From a virus (lineage: Duplodnaviria > Caudoviricetes), in the IMG/VR virus record IMGVR_UViG_3300037518_000193, positions 1-29,262 of that record: 29,262 bases of DNA, one strand, 5' to 3'. A model generated the notes under the pieces. The model ran no database searches, was not told the origin of the DNA, and worked only from the letters and a program-made list of their open reading frames with translations. The position numbers and the translations under genes are program-made. Below, piece by piece: positions 1 through 7,756 of the stretch (position 1 is the stretch's first letter; every line of letters begins with the position of its first letter).

Positions 1-312
1 GAATGCGCCGAACGCGTCGGCGGCCGCGGACTCCTGCGCCTCGGCCGCGTCGGTGCGGCGGGCCACCTCGGCGTCGACAGCGGTGAGAGCCTGAGCGACT
101 GCGGTGGCGTCCGACACCAGGTCGGCCTTGGCCTCTGGCGCCGCCTTGGCGTGCTCGGCCTTCAACTGGAGGCCGTAGGCGACGAGAGCGTCGCGGGCCT
201 CGGTGATCTGGTCGGCGTCCAGGGATGCGAACGCCTCGGGGGTGATGTTGCCGTCGTCGTCGCGGTGCTCGTCGAGTCCTGCGAGGAATGCGGCGAAGGT
301 GTCGGGGTCCAT
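1..312 (-). CDS. Probable major capsid protein, N-terminal part (runs off window); absent from ORF track
   Basis: ATG at 312 with GGAGG RBS; open frame MDPDTFAAFLAGLDEHRDDDG...AFGAF to position 1; Ala/acidic helical N-terminus; follows capsid protease. Confidence 0.65.
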   Translation of the reverse strand, partial: MDPDTFAAFLAGLDEHRDDDGNITPEAFASLDADQITEARDALVAYGLQLKAEHAKAAPEAKADLVSDATAVAQALTAVDAEVARRTDAAEAQESAAADAFGAF

Positions 313-395
313 GCGTGTCCTCCGGTCGTCTGCCACAACCGGCGCCCCCGGCTTTCGCCGCCCACGGGCCCGATACGAGGCGGACGCTACCACAG
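313..395 (-). promoter_or_regulatory. Putative promoter and structured 5' leader of capsid gene
   Basis: TGgTAGCGT extended -10 (389-384); GGC-GAAA-GCC tetraloop hairpin; CCGGTTGT..ACGACCGG hairpin overlapping the RBS. Confidence 0.45.
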
Positions 396-418
396 ACCCG
401 TGACAGGGTGGTAACGGT

Positions 419-442
419 CTAGACGCGGCTGAGCCCCCAGCC
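419..442. repeat. 24-bp direct repeat, copy 1
   Basis: CTAGACGCGGCTGAGCCCCCAGCC identical to 684-707. Confidence 0.95.
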
Positions 443-464
443 GGTTACAGGGTGTAACCCCGAA

Positions 465-497
465 CGTACAGAACCCCCGGCTGTTCACCGAGGGTTC
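465..497 (-). terminator. Intrinsic terminator-like hairpin
   Basis: GAACCCTCGG-TGAACAG-CCGGGGGTTC then TGTACGTT; the G-U pair forms only on the minus strand. Confidence 0.65.
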
Positions 498-645
498 CGG
501 CCACGCTGTCTCGGTCATGGCACCGGGAGCCAATTCATAACGTGCTACTCCACACACGGCCGCTTCGATTGGGTACGGCTCCCCAACACCATTACTTCTG
601 GTCCGAGCGTCGGTGCCTACTCGTCTCCCCGTCGGAAGCTTGCCA
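465..645 (-). ncRNA. Candidate ~180-nt structured small RNA
   Basis: Own promoter and terminator; nested stems GGCACC/GGTGCC and GGGAGCC/GGCTCCC; no RBS-supported ORF. Confidence 0.55.
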
Positions 646-651
646 AGAGGC

Positions 652-679
652 AGTGTACTCCACGCCACACGCCTGTCAA
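652..679 (-). promoter_or_regulatory. SigA/sigma70-type promoter
   Basis: TTGACA (679-674), 16 nt, TACACT (657-652). Confidence 0.7.
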
Positions 680-683
680 AGAC

Positions 684-707
684 CTAGACGCGGCTGAGCC
701 CCCAGCC
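684..707. repeat. 24-bp direct repeat, copy 2
   Basis: Identical to 419-442. Confidence 0.95.
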
Positions 708-760
708 AGTAGAGAAGGGGCCTGGGGGCTCGCTCGGCCAGGGAGGGCAGCCGATAGCCG
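691..760 (-). ncRNA. Two-hairpin three-way junction with C-rich loops (candidate antisense RNA or terminator)
   Basis: Closing stem CGGCT/AGCCG; hairpin TCGGCTG-CCCTCCC-TGGCCGA; hairpin GAGCCCCCAG-16 nt-CTGGGGGCTC. Confidence 0.5.
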
Positions 761-2101
761 CTACTCGCCCGCTCTCACTTCGGGCGGGGATGTGAACGAC
801 GCGAACAGGGCCGCAGCCTCACGCTCAGCGACCTCGGCCAGGAGCGGCGCCAGATCCTCCCGCAACGCCAACACCTCCGCCGACACCCTGCGCACGATCT
901 CGACAACCGGGTGAGACGGCGCGGCGGGCAACGGCGATAAGGTCGAGTACCGCACCGTCTCACCGGACCTGATGGAAGCGGCGATCGGGAAGCCGGGGAC
1001 GTTCACCACCAGCGCCGCGATGAGCGAATGTCGGTCACCGTGGGGCCGCCAGTCGCCCGACAGTTGGTGACGCCTGAGCGTGTCGATCTGGTCGTCGGTG
1101 ACACCGGGACGCAACGCACCCGACACCCACACCCCGTGAGTGTCCTCACCGGCCCGAACGTAGGCGACCGTCAGCGCAGTGTCGGCGTAGTGGCGGGCAG
1201 CGTCGGCACGGCCCGCGTTGGGTCCGGCGTGCTCGGCGTCCATCGTGATACAGCCGACAGCGACCACGACGTTGTCCTCGCACTCCAGGTGCGAGTTGCT
1301 GTGGAAGTCGGCGTAGTCGGTGCCATCCCGTGGCGGGGTGACACAGACGCCGACATAGCCGCGGTGACAGGTGCCCCACAGGGCCAGGTGTCCGTAGACG
1401 TGGCCGTCGTCGGTGACAGTGACCGGGGTGGGGCCTGCGAGCTCGGGATCGTCGAACCACTGCCGGGGTGGCTTGCGCAGCGACGCCGCGGTGAGGGTCA
1501 CGGTGGCTGCGGCGACCGGTTCGATCTCGGCTGCCTCGAACGCGGGGATGAGGACGATGGTGGCGGCAGCGATCCGGGCCGTCGCCACATCCAACAGCCA
1601 CGACATGCACCAGCCTTCGTCGTCCTCCTGGGTGCATTCCATCTCGGCGTCCATATCGGACAGATGCACCGACACGCCCCGGACCCGGCCCTCGTCCACC
1701 ATCCGTCGGGCCTCCATCGCCTCGTCGTCGGTGTCCCAATCGACGGAGGCCACCACCCATTCGGTGCCGTCACGGTCACGTTTGGCGAAGTCGACCAGGT
1801 TCCCGACGAATACGGCGTCGCCGTGGGCCATCTCGGAGTCGGAGAACGTGAGCGGCAGCGGCGGTTCACGCCACCCGAGGTCACGGAAGATGCGCACGAA
1901 GTTGATCGACCCGTCGTTGGTTTCCACCCCGATCGGGGCGAGCCACGCCAGGTAGGAGTCTGCGGAGCCTTCGATGTCGTCGTCGGCGGCGAGGTGTTCG
2001 ATGGCGGCGACCAGCACCGAAGCTTCGGCGGGGTCGGATGCGTCGGCGGTGAGTGCTCGGTCGGTGTTGAGGGACTGCCAGAGTGCGAGTACGGGGTCCA
2101 T
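761..2101 (-). CDS. Capsid maturation protease-like head protein
   Basis: 446 aa; N-terminal prohead-protease-like region (GVSV, ATIVLIPAF) and GHLALWGTCH..CVTPP..LSGDWR..VNVPGFP domain as in actinophage head proteins; lies between portal and capsid. Confidence 0.75.
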   Translation of the reverse strand: MDPVLALWQSLNTDRALTADASDPAEASVLVAAIEHLAADDDIEGSADSYLAWLAPIGVETNDGSINFVRIFRDLGWREPPLPLTFSDSEMAHGDAVFVGNLVDFAKRDRDGTEWVVASVDWDTDDEAMEARRMVDEGRVRGVSVHLSDMDAEMECTQEDDEGWCMSWLLDVATARIAAATIVLIPAFEAAEIEPVAAATVTLTAASLRKPPRQWFDDPELAGPTPVTVTDDGHVYGHLALWGTCHRGYVGVCVTPPRDGTDYADFHSNSHLECEDNVVVAVGCITMDAEHAGPNAGRADAARHYADTALTVAYVRAGEDTHGVWVSGALRPGVTDDQIDTLRRHQLSGDWRPHGDRHSLIAALVVNVPGFPIAASIRSGETVRYSTLSPLPAAPSHPVVEIVRRVSAEVLALREDLAPLLAEVAEREAAALFASFTSPPEVRAGE

Positions 2102-2133
2102 GGCTGCTCCGATCGTCGGACAGGTTCCGATAC

Positions 2134-2152
2134 GACGTTAGCGCAAGCGTCG
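2134..2152 (-). repeat. 19-bp repeat, putative promoter/operator, copy 1
   Basis: GACGTTAGCGCAAGCGTCG identical to 3027-3045; contains TAACGT on the minus strand ~35 nt upstream of an ATG. Confidence 0.8.
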
Positions 2153-2163
2153 TACGCAGTGGA

Positions 2164-2457
2164 TCACTCGCGTACTCTGATACTGAACCCCGGCAGCCCG
2201 AGACCGAAATCCGGATCAGACGACGCGGGGCGCATCGGCAGCCGCGCCTCGGTCTCGTCGGGCGAGCAGTGCGGACCACTAGGTGACAGTCCGGCTGGCA
2301 TCCCCGTGAACCTGAACACCTCGGCGCACTGAAGGCACCGTACCCGCACGTCCAGACTGAATGCTATCGGGGACCCGCCTCCATCGCCGGTGATCCGGTT
2401 CATGTCGCAGTCCACCTGGAAGTCCTCATGAGGACACGCTCGGTCTGGATCGATCAT
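2164..2457 (-). CDS. Hypothetical protein with Cys motif (CPHEDF..CLQC)
   Basis: ATG overlaps upstream stop (TGATG); 97 aa. Confidence 0.7.
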   Translation of the reverse strand: MIDPDRACPHEDFQVDCDMNRITGDGGGSPIAFSLDVRVRCLQCAEVFRFTGMPAGLSPSGPHCSPDETEARLPMRPASSDPDFGLGLPGFSIRVRE

Positions 2458-2999
2458 CACCGGTCGTCCTCGTCGGGCACCACCGCCTCGTAAACAGCCT
2501 TGGCCCACCTGGCATCACCGAGGGCCGTATGCCTATCGAAGAGTGACGGGTCCACGCCGATAGCCTTGCTCAGCTCGTCTGAGTTCCACGGGGGACCCCA
2601 TCCCAGCTTGCCTGCCGCTAGTGCTTCGACATCGACGAGGTGATAGTGCCAAGTGGCAGCCTGTCCGTGCCGACGCAACCACGGCCCAAGGAAGGCCGCA
2701 TCGAATGAAGGGGCGGCGCCGACCAGATGCTGCCCGTCTAGCCGCTGTGCGACAGTTGACGCAGCTTGCCGTGGGTCGGACCAATAGCCCCGCTCGTCCT
2801 TCGTGAACGGGTCGCTAGACCTGGGCGAGCGTTCGTAGAACCGTCCGATACGAAGGGCCATCGGGTCGGCAACGGCGAGGTCGGGACGGAATCGGAACTC
2901 GTACTCCTGGCCGATGCCCAGGATGAAGGCCAACTCCCATATCTCGTGTCTGTCGGGGTCGAGACCTGTCGTCTCGGTATCCAAGAACACAACACCCAT
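2457..2999 (-). CDS. DnaQ-like DEDDh 3'-5' exonuclease
   Basis: FLDTETTGL, FDAAFL and HTALGDA motifs; GAAGGGAG RBS. Confidence 0.9.
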   Translation of the reverse strand: MGVVFLDTETTGLDPDRHEIWELAFILGIGQEYEFRFRPDLAVADPMALRIGRFYERSPRSSDPFTKDERGYWSDPRQAASTVAQRLDGQHLVGAAPSFDAAFLGPWLRRHGQAATWHYHLVDVEALAAGKLGWGPPWNSDELSKAIGVDPSLFDRHTALGDARWAKAVYEAVVPDEDDR

Positions 3000-3026
3000 A
3001 GCCGTCTCCCTTCGGTCTTGGGGTCT

Positions 3027-3045
3027 GACGTTAGCGCAAGCGTCG
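3027..3045 (-). repeat. 19-bp repeat, putative promoter/operator, copy 2
   Basis: Identical to 2134-2152. Confidence 0.8.
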
Positions 3046-3222
3046 CATCGCTGCCGCCATCCTCTGGCTCAGCGTCTCCATCTCGTCGGCCAGGGTGCGC
3101 GGTCCGTCACCGCCGAACAGTTCAGCCAGGGTCACCCCGGCGGCGGTGTCATGCTCACAATGGTAGCGGCATCGGCGGTACGGGTCAGGCTGTGGACGCT
3201 CAGGGAGTGCGAGGACCCTCAC
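3031..3222 (-). CDS. Small hypothetical protein (CRYHCEH)
   Basis: GTGA-coupled to upstream gene. Confidence 0.55.
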   Translation of the reverse strand: MRVLALPERPQPDPYRRCRYHCEHDTAAGVTLAELFGGDGPRTLADEMETLSQRMAAAMRRLR

Positions 3223-3482
3223 GCCGCGGGCTTCTTGGTCCGAGCGGGACGGAGCACCTTGTCTGGGTCCTTCGTCCGAGGCTCAACGCTTAGGCCACCG
3301 CTCGCTGCGACGAGTCCAACGACCAACCCGATTGGCCCTAGAGCCAAGGACTCAATGATGGCCTCGCGGCGATCCTCGACCGTCCACGCCAGGGTATCCG
3401 TCCACCACCAACGGTACAGCAGATACCCACCCCAGGCGCATAGCCCCCATACCAGCACCCCAATGAGAACGGCCGTCATCAT
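3219..3482 (-). CDS. Small membrane protein
   Basis: ATGA coupling; two hydrophobic segments. Confidence 0.65.
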   Translation of the reverse strand: MMTAVLIGVLVWGLCAWGGYLLYRWWWTDTLAWTVEDRREAIIESLALGPIGLVVGLVAASGGLSVEPRTKDPDKVLRPARTKKPAA

Positions 3483-3874
3483 GCCAGCGCCTCGGTCATC
3501 GCGTCGGCGTGGTCGGGGTGCTGGCTGCTGACGTGGGCGCGGACGTTGGAGAACGACCGTTGGCACCAGGGGCAGACGCCGCTGGCGATGCGGTTGCGGA
3601 TACGGGTCAGGTGGCCCTTGACGGCCCGCCGAGAACGCTCTGTCGCTTCGAGTTGGTCCTCGGCGTGGGTGCGACGAGCACGTTCGGCCGCGAGGTCGCG
3701 GGCAAGCCGCCGGTTCTCGGTCTCAAAGAAGTGGATCCGGTGGCCATTAGGGCACCAGAAGTCCTGGCCGTCGTTCTGCCGGTCGGCGAGCATCCTCTCC
3801 GGCATGGCGAACCTGACCCGGCACACGCCGCAAGAGGTCACCGTGAGAACGCCGACGTACGTGATCGTTGCCAT
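3479..3874 (-). CDS. Zinc-finger/coiled-coil protein
   Basis: CGVC..FWCPNGH, coiled coil, CPWC..H..H C2H2-like motif; strong RBS. Confidence 0.75.
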   Translation of the reverse strand: MATITYVGVLTVTSCGVCRVRFAMPERMLADRQNDGQDFWCPNGHRIHFFETENRRLARDLAAERARRTHAEDQLEATERSRRAVKGHLTRIRNRIASGVCPWCQRSFSNVRAHVSSQHPDHADAMTEALA

Positions 3875-3901
3875 TACCGTCTCCCTTCGGTTGTCGCCAG
3901 T

Positions 3902-5932
3902 CTAGGCGGCGGGTCGCACGATGAGGACGACACGCACGAACCGGCACAGGCAGCCCTTGTGGTCACCCGGCCTGTACGACGTACGACCCAGCCACGCGTC
4001 CTCGTCTGACACGGTGAGCCCGTCGAACGTCGGGACCTCTACCCCGTCGAGCGCCTGATGCGGAGGGAAGTTGCGTTGCCGGGCCGAGGGGTCACCGTAG
4101 GACCAGCGCACCGCCCCGGTACGAATCCCGTTACGTTCCAGGATGCTGGTGACGGTCTGGCCGTTGCCGATCAACTCGGTCGGGGCTACACCGTCCAACA
4201 CTGCCGGGCCGCCACCCGCCACCGACAGACCGGCCCGGATCTCAGGCACCGGCACTCGAATGTCGCCCAACTCGCCCACGTCGACCGGGTCTGGTGCCCC
4301 ACCCGGCGTCGTCGACGCCCGCACCACGGCACCGGTGACCGCTGCCAGGATCAACGCCAAGGCGGTGTCGAGGTCACGGTCCTGGTCGTCGTCGGACCAA
4401 TCCTGGTCGGTCAGGTCGACGAGGCGCCCCAACTGGAGACGGGCCTCGGCCTGGGCACGCCGGATACGGGTCTCGAGCCGGGTGGCGTACGCGTCGAGTA
4501 CAGCCTGGGTGTCGGCGTCGGGGTCGTCGGCCAACGCCGCGAGCACCCGGTCCAGGACCCGTTGTGTTTCGTCCACGGTCCACACCAGGACACCGGCGTC
4601 GACTGCCGCCAACTGCTCTAGCGGCACCTCGTCGGTTTCGGGTGTGATCTGTGCGACCAGAGCCAAGGCGGGTCCACGCTGGTCCGGCAGGTCCGTGTCG
4701 GCGCCCCCGATGAGGGTGATGCGCTCTAGGTCCTCGACGGTTGCCGCGTCGTCGTCGTCGAACGCGATAGCGGCTCGCACCGTGGCACCACCGATCAGGC
4801 CCCGGTCGTACGCCTTGAAGACGGTCTCCTCGCGGCGGGTCGGGATGATGGCGGTGGACAGGTCACGCCAGATCACCAGCCCCTCAGGGTCGATATTCGA
4901 TGCCTCCAGGATCGGGGCCAGCCACGGCACCGTCAACGAGTCGAGCACCGACTGCACCGTCGGGTCGACGTGGTGATGCACCGCCGAGTCACCCACCCAC
5001 CACGCCTGCCAATGGTTGACGTCACCCATCCCGGTCAACAGTTCGGGCGGCAGGTCGAGGCCGATGGCGATGCGGCGAATGAGGCGGTCCTCCTGCTCGC
5101 GTTCCTCGCGCCACTCACGGGCGAAGCTGATGTACCCGTCCTTGAGTGCCTTGATGTCGTCGGGGTGCGCGGTGGCGACCAGAGGCACCACCGAGGATGC
5201 GTCGTTGTTGTTCGACACCGGTGCCGTCAGGTACTTCATCAGCACCTCGTCGAATGCGGGGGTGTCGTCCGGGTCGTTGGGGTCGTTGGCGACCGACAGC
5301 GTGTCGGGGACCACGAACAGGCCCGCCGGCATCCTCGAACGCGACTGCGCCCGGCCAGCGTTGCCGCGCTGGATCAACTCCTCAGCGACCTCCAGGACCG
5401 AGAACAGCGGCGAGTCGGGCTGGCGACGGTTGCGGGGGTGCGGGTTCCACACCTGCCACACCTTGTCGGCATCGATCCGTTCGCTGTCGTCGTCGGTCGT
5501 GGTGAAGTAGTTGCCCGAGGTCGCCTTCCGTAGCTCCTGGGTGGAGTACACCTCCCAGCCTGTGGCGACGCCGTCGCTCTCGGTGCCGACGATGTAGCCG
5601 CGGCCGGGGACACCCCAGTGGACCACCAACTCGGAGACGATGCGGCGCAGGTTGTCCGACCCGATCGCATCCTCGAACACGTCGAGCTCACGACCGCCCT
5701 CCACCTCTTCGGGCTCGTCGGAGCCGTCGACGTGACGGGCCAAGAAGTAGCGGATCTTGCGGGCGATGTCGGCCCGCTTGTTGATCGGGTAGTGGACCTC
5801 ACCGAGCCGGTCGTAGACGTCCCACGCCCGCTCCTCTTTCGGCGACGACTTGATGGCGGTGGTGACCTGGCCGGAGCGGATCACGACCTTACGGGCAGAT
5901 GCAACGATGGGGCGGGTCTGGCGTGCGACCAT
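3902..5932 (-). CDS. Portal protein with C-terminal MuF-like domain
   Basis: 676 aa; VWNPHPR..DSP and RIAIGLDLPPELLTGMGDVNHWQAW portal motifs; C-terminal HQALDG..PGDHKGCLC. Confidence 0.85.
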   Translation of the reverse strand: MVARQTRPIVASARKVVIRSGQVTTAIKSSPKEERAWDVYDRLGEVHYPINKRADIARKIRYFLARHVDGSDEPEEVEGGRELDVFEDAIGSDNLRRIVSELVVHWGVPGRGYIVGTESDGVATGWEVYSTQELRKATSGNYFTTTDDDSERIDADKVWQVWNPHPRNRRQPDSPLFSVLEVAEELIQRGNAGRAQSRSRMPAGLFVVPDTLSVANDPNDPDDTPAFDEVLMKYLTAPVSNNNDASSVVPLVATAHPDDIKALKDGYISFAREWREEREQEDRLIRRIAIGLDLPPELLTGMGDVNHWQAWWVGDSAVHHHVDPTVQSVLDSLTVPWLAPILEASNIDPEGLVIWRDLSTAIIPTRREETVFKAYDRGLIGGATVRAAIAFDDDDAATVEDLERITLIGGADTDLPDQRGPALALVAQITPETDEVPLEQLAAVDAGVLVWTVDETQRVLDRVLAALADDPDADTQAVLDAYATRLETRIRRAQAEARLQLGRLVDLTDQDWSDDDQDRDLDTALALILAAVTGAVVRASTTPGGAPDPVDVGELGDIRVPVPEIRAGLSVAGGGPAVLDGVAPTELIGNGQTVTSILERNGIRTGAVRWSYGDPSARQRNFPPHQALDGVEVPTFDGLTVSDEDAWLGRTSYRPGDHKGCLCRFVRVVLIVRPAA

Positions 5933-5958
5933 GCCGGGTAGCCTACACCGTCACCCGG

Positions 5959-6144
5959 TCACGGCCTGTAGAACTCTGACGCTCGCCACTCTGGCTGGAC
6001 GTCGAGCCACAGATGCGATGCCCGGAACCCGCAGACGGGGCACTCCCGGCCCTGGTCCTCACTGCACGAGTTGCTGATGCACGGAAAGACGATGCCGTGC
6101 CACTCGGTGAGAGGGGTATCGACCCGACAGCGGTAACAGGTCAC
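5959..6144 (-). CDS. Small Cys-rich protein
   Basis: CYRC, CISNSC, CPVCG; GTGA-coupled. Confidence 0.55.
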   Translation of the reverse strand: MTCYRCRVDTPLTEWHGIVFPCISNSCSEDQGRECPVCGFRASHLWLDVQPEWRASEFYRP

Positions 6145-7559
6145 AACATCGCCTGTTGCCTGTCGGCCCAGGTGCGCTGCTCAGACTTCGTGAAGTGCCC
6201 GGACTTGAACACCCGCCACCGTGCGAGACGGCTGTAACCCATCGACAGGTCGACGCTGATGCCGATGCGGCCGAGTTGGCGAGCGACTCCGGCGACGGTG
6301 CCGGTGCCCCCGAATGGATCAACGACGACGCTGGGGCGGGTGGGTGCCGGGTTGCCGACCGGGGGACAAGCACAGGCGTAGCCGGTGATGGTGACGTCGT
6401 TGCGGCCTCCCGGCATCGGTCGTTCGGGTCCACCGGTTGGACCGTTAGCAAGGCGTCGATAGTCTCGACCAGTGAAGGGCGAACCTCCAACCAGTTGCGA
6501 ATCCACCACCGGTCGTCGTCCCTCGCCGCACTCCACACAGATCCCCGACGGCGACCACCCCAAGATCAGACGCCGCGGCCACTCCTGAGCGAACGCCGCG
6601 AAATGGTCGGGGAGGTCGTAGTGGGCGCGGACGTCATCGGGGACGCTGAGCGGTTCAGTCGGGATCGTCCACACGGAGCCGGGGAGGCGACCGAGGGGGT
6701 TCACTTCCCGCACCTTCGGGTTCGCCCAGTTGTTGTCGGGGTTGTTCCCGTTGCCCCACGACTCGCCGCCGCCCCGATGCGTGAGGGTCTTGGCGGCGTG
6801 CGGCTCCCTGATCTCGTCGATCGCTGAGAAGTACCGCGGCTCCCGTACAAGATGGAACCAGTACTCGTGGGACGCCCGCACCCGATCCGTCACTGACTCC
6901 GGCAGACCGTTCGGCTTGGACCACACCATGTCCATGCGGCAGATGAGGCCGAGTTCGTCGATACAGCGGATGGCGTAGCGGTGGGGCAGCAGCATCCGAG
7001 ACTTCTCGGGTATGCCCCAGGTCTTACCGCCGGAAGCGATCTTGCCGGACACAGCCCGGCGGCGTCCGGGGTCGGGGCGCTCGTCCTTCTCCCACTGCCC
7101 CCCACCGCCCGCATATTTGTCCCCCAGGTTCAGCCAGATCGACCCGGACGGCTTCACCACCCGTACCATCTCACGGGTGCATTCGATCAAGGCATCGAGG
7201 AAGACGCCGGGTGTCGGCTCCGACCCGACCTGCCCGTCGTAGTGCGCCGCTCCCGTACCCGAGCACGCACCACATCGCTCTCCCCCCGCACGACCCAGAC
7301 TTGCCCCAAGCTTCTGTGACGCCTGCCGCCCGCCTCCGAGCGTTGATGACGACAGACTCTTCTCTGAGGTGTTGGCGATAGCGCGCCCCGTATCGGCTGC
7401 TGTGTTGGCGCTGCTGCCGGAGCCCCCGCACTCGTCGCACTCGTCGCGGTATGACCTCAGCGCGAAGTATGGCGGCGACGTCACAATCAGATCCACCGAG
7501 GCGTCCGCAAGCGGCAGCCGGCGGGCATCGGCGCGCACAACAAGCGCCTGGCCGGTCAT
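6141..7559 (-). CDS. Site-specific DNA methyltransferase (N4C/N6A, beta class) with Cys-rich insertions
   Basis: TSPPY motif IV, NLGD, WSKPN, DPFGGTGT motif I; AAGGAG RBS. Confidence 0.9.
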   Translation of the reverse strand: MTGQALVVRADARRLPLADASVDLIVTSPPYFALRSYRDECDECGGSGSSANTAADTGRAIANTSEKSLSSSTLGGGRQASQKLGASLGRAGGERCGACSGTGAAHYDGQVGSEPTPGVFLDALIECTREMVRVVKPSGSIWLNLGDKYAGGGGQWEKDERPDPGRRRAVSGKIASGGKTWGIPEKSRMLLPHRYAIRCIDELGLICRMDMVWSKPNGLPESVTDRVRASHEYWFHLVREPRYFSAIDEIREPHAAKTLTHRGGGESWGNGNNPDNNWANPKVREVNPLGRLPGSVWTIPTEPLSVPDDVRAHYDLPDHFAAFAQEWPRRLILGWSPSGICVECGEGRRPVVDSQLVGGSPFTGRDYRRLANGPTGGPERPMPGGRNDVTITGYACACPPVGNPAPTRPSVVVDPFGGTGTVAGVARQLGRIGISVDLSMGYSRLARWRVFKSGHFTKSEQRTWADRQQAML

Positions 7560-7756
7560 ATCGTCTCCTTGCGTAGCACAAAGGCGTCGCACCTACAGCC
7601 GACGAAGGCGCAGAGACCATCCGTTGATGGGTCCTCGATAAGGTGAGCGTCGTGGTCGCGGTGGGTGTGACCGCAACGGCAGACAGCAAGCGAGTCGCCG
7701 GCACGGCGCCATTCGGCTCCCCCGTTGTCCGGCCAGGGAGTGCCCGCCCGACTCAC
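7556..7756 (-). CDS. Small Cys/His metal-binding protein
   Basis: CRCGH..H..C..GCRC; coupled at both ends. Confidence 0.65.
   Translation of the reverse strand: MSRAGTPWPDNGGAEWRRAGDSLAVCRCGHTHRDHDAHLIEDPSTDGLCAFVGCRCDAFVLRKETI

Noticed and set aside
465-645. Match to hammerhead, twister, raiA motif or group II intron domain V
   Set aside because: Only short fragments (AGAAGUAA, GAGCCGUA) resemble them; the conserved cores are absent by eye
387-668. 93-aa minus-strand ORF across the ncRNA cassette
   Set aside because: Starts inside the promoter spacer, has no RBS and runs through the terminator and repeat
419-707. CRISPR-like or att-site reading of the 24-bp repeats
   Set aside because: Only two copies 241 bp apart; no cas or integrase gene in the window
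1028-2332. Long plus-strand ORF and similar antisense ORFs (e.g. 4143-4976, 17496-18515, 20200-20892)
   Set aside because: Shadow frames of real high-GC genes on the opposite strand, with no motifs
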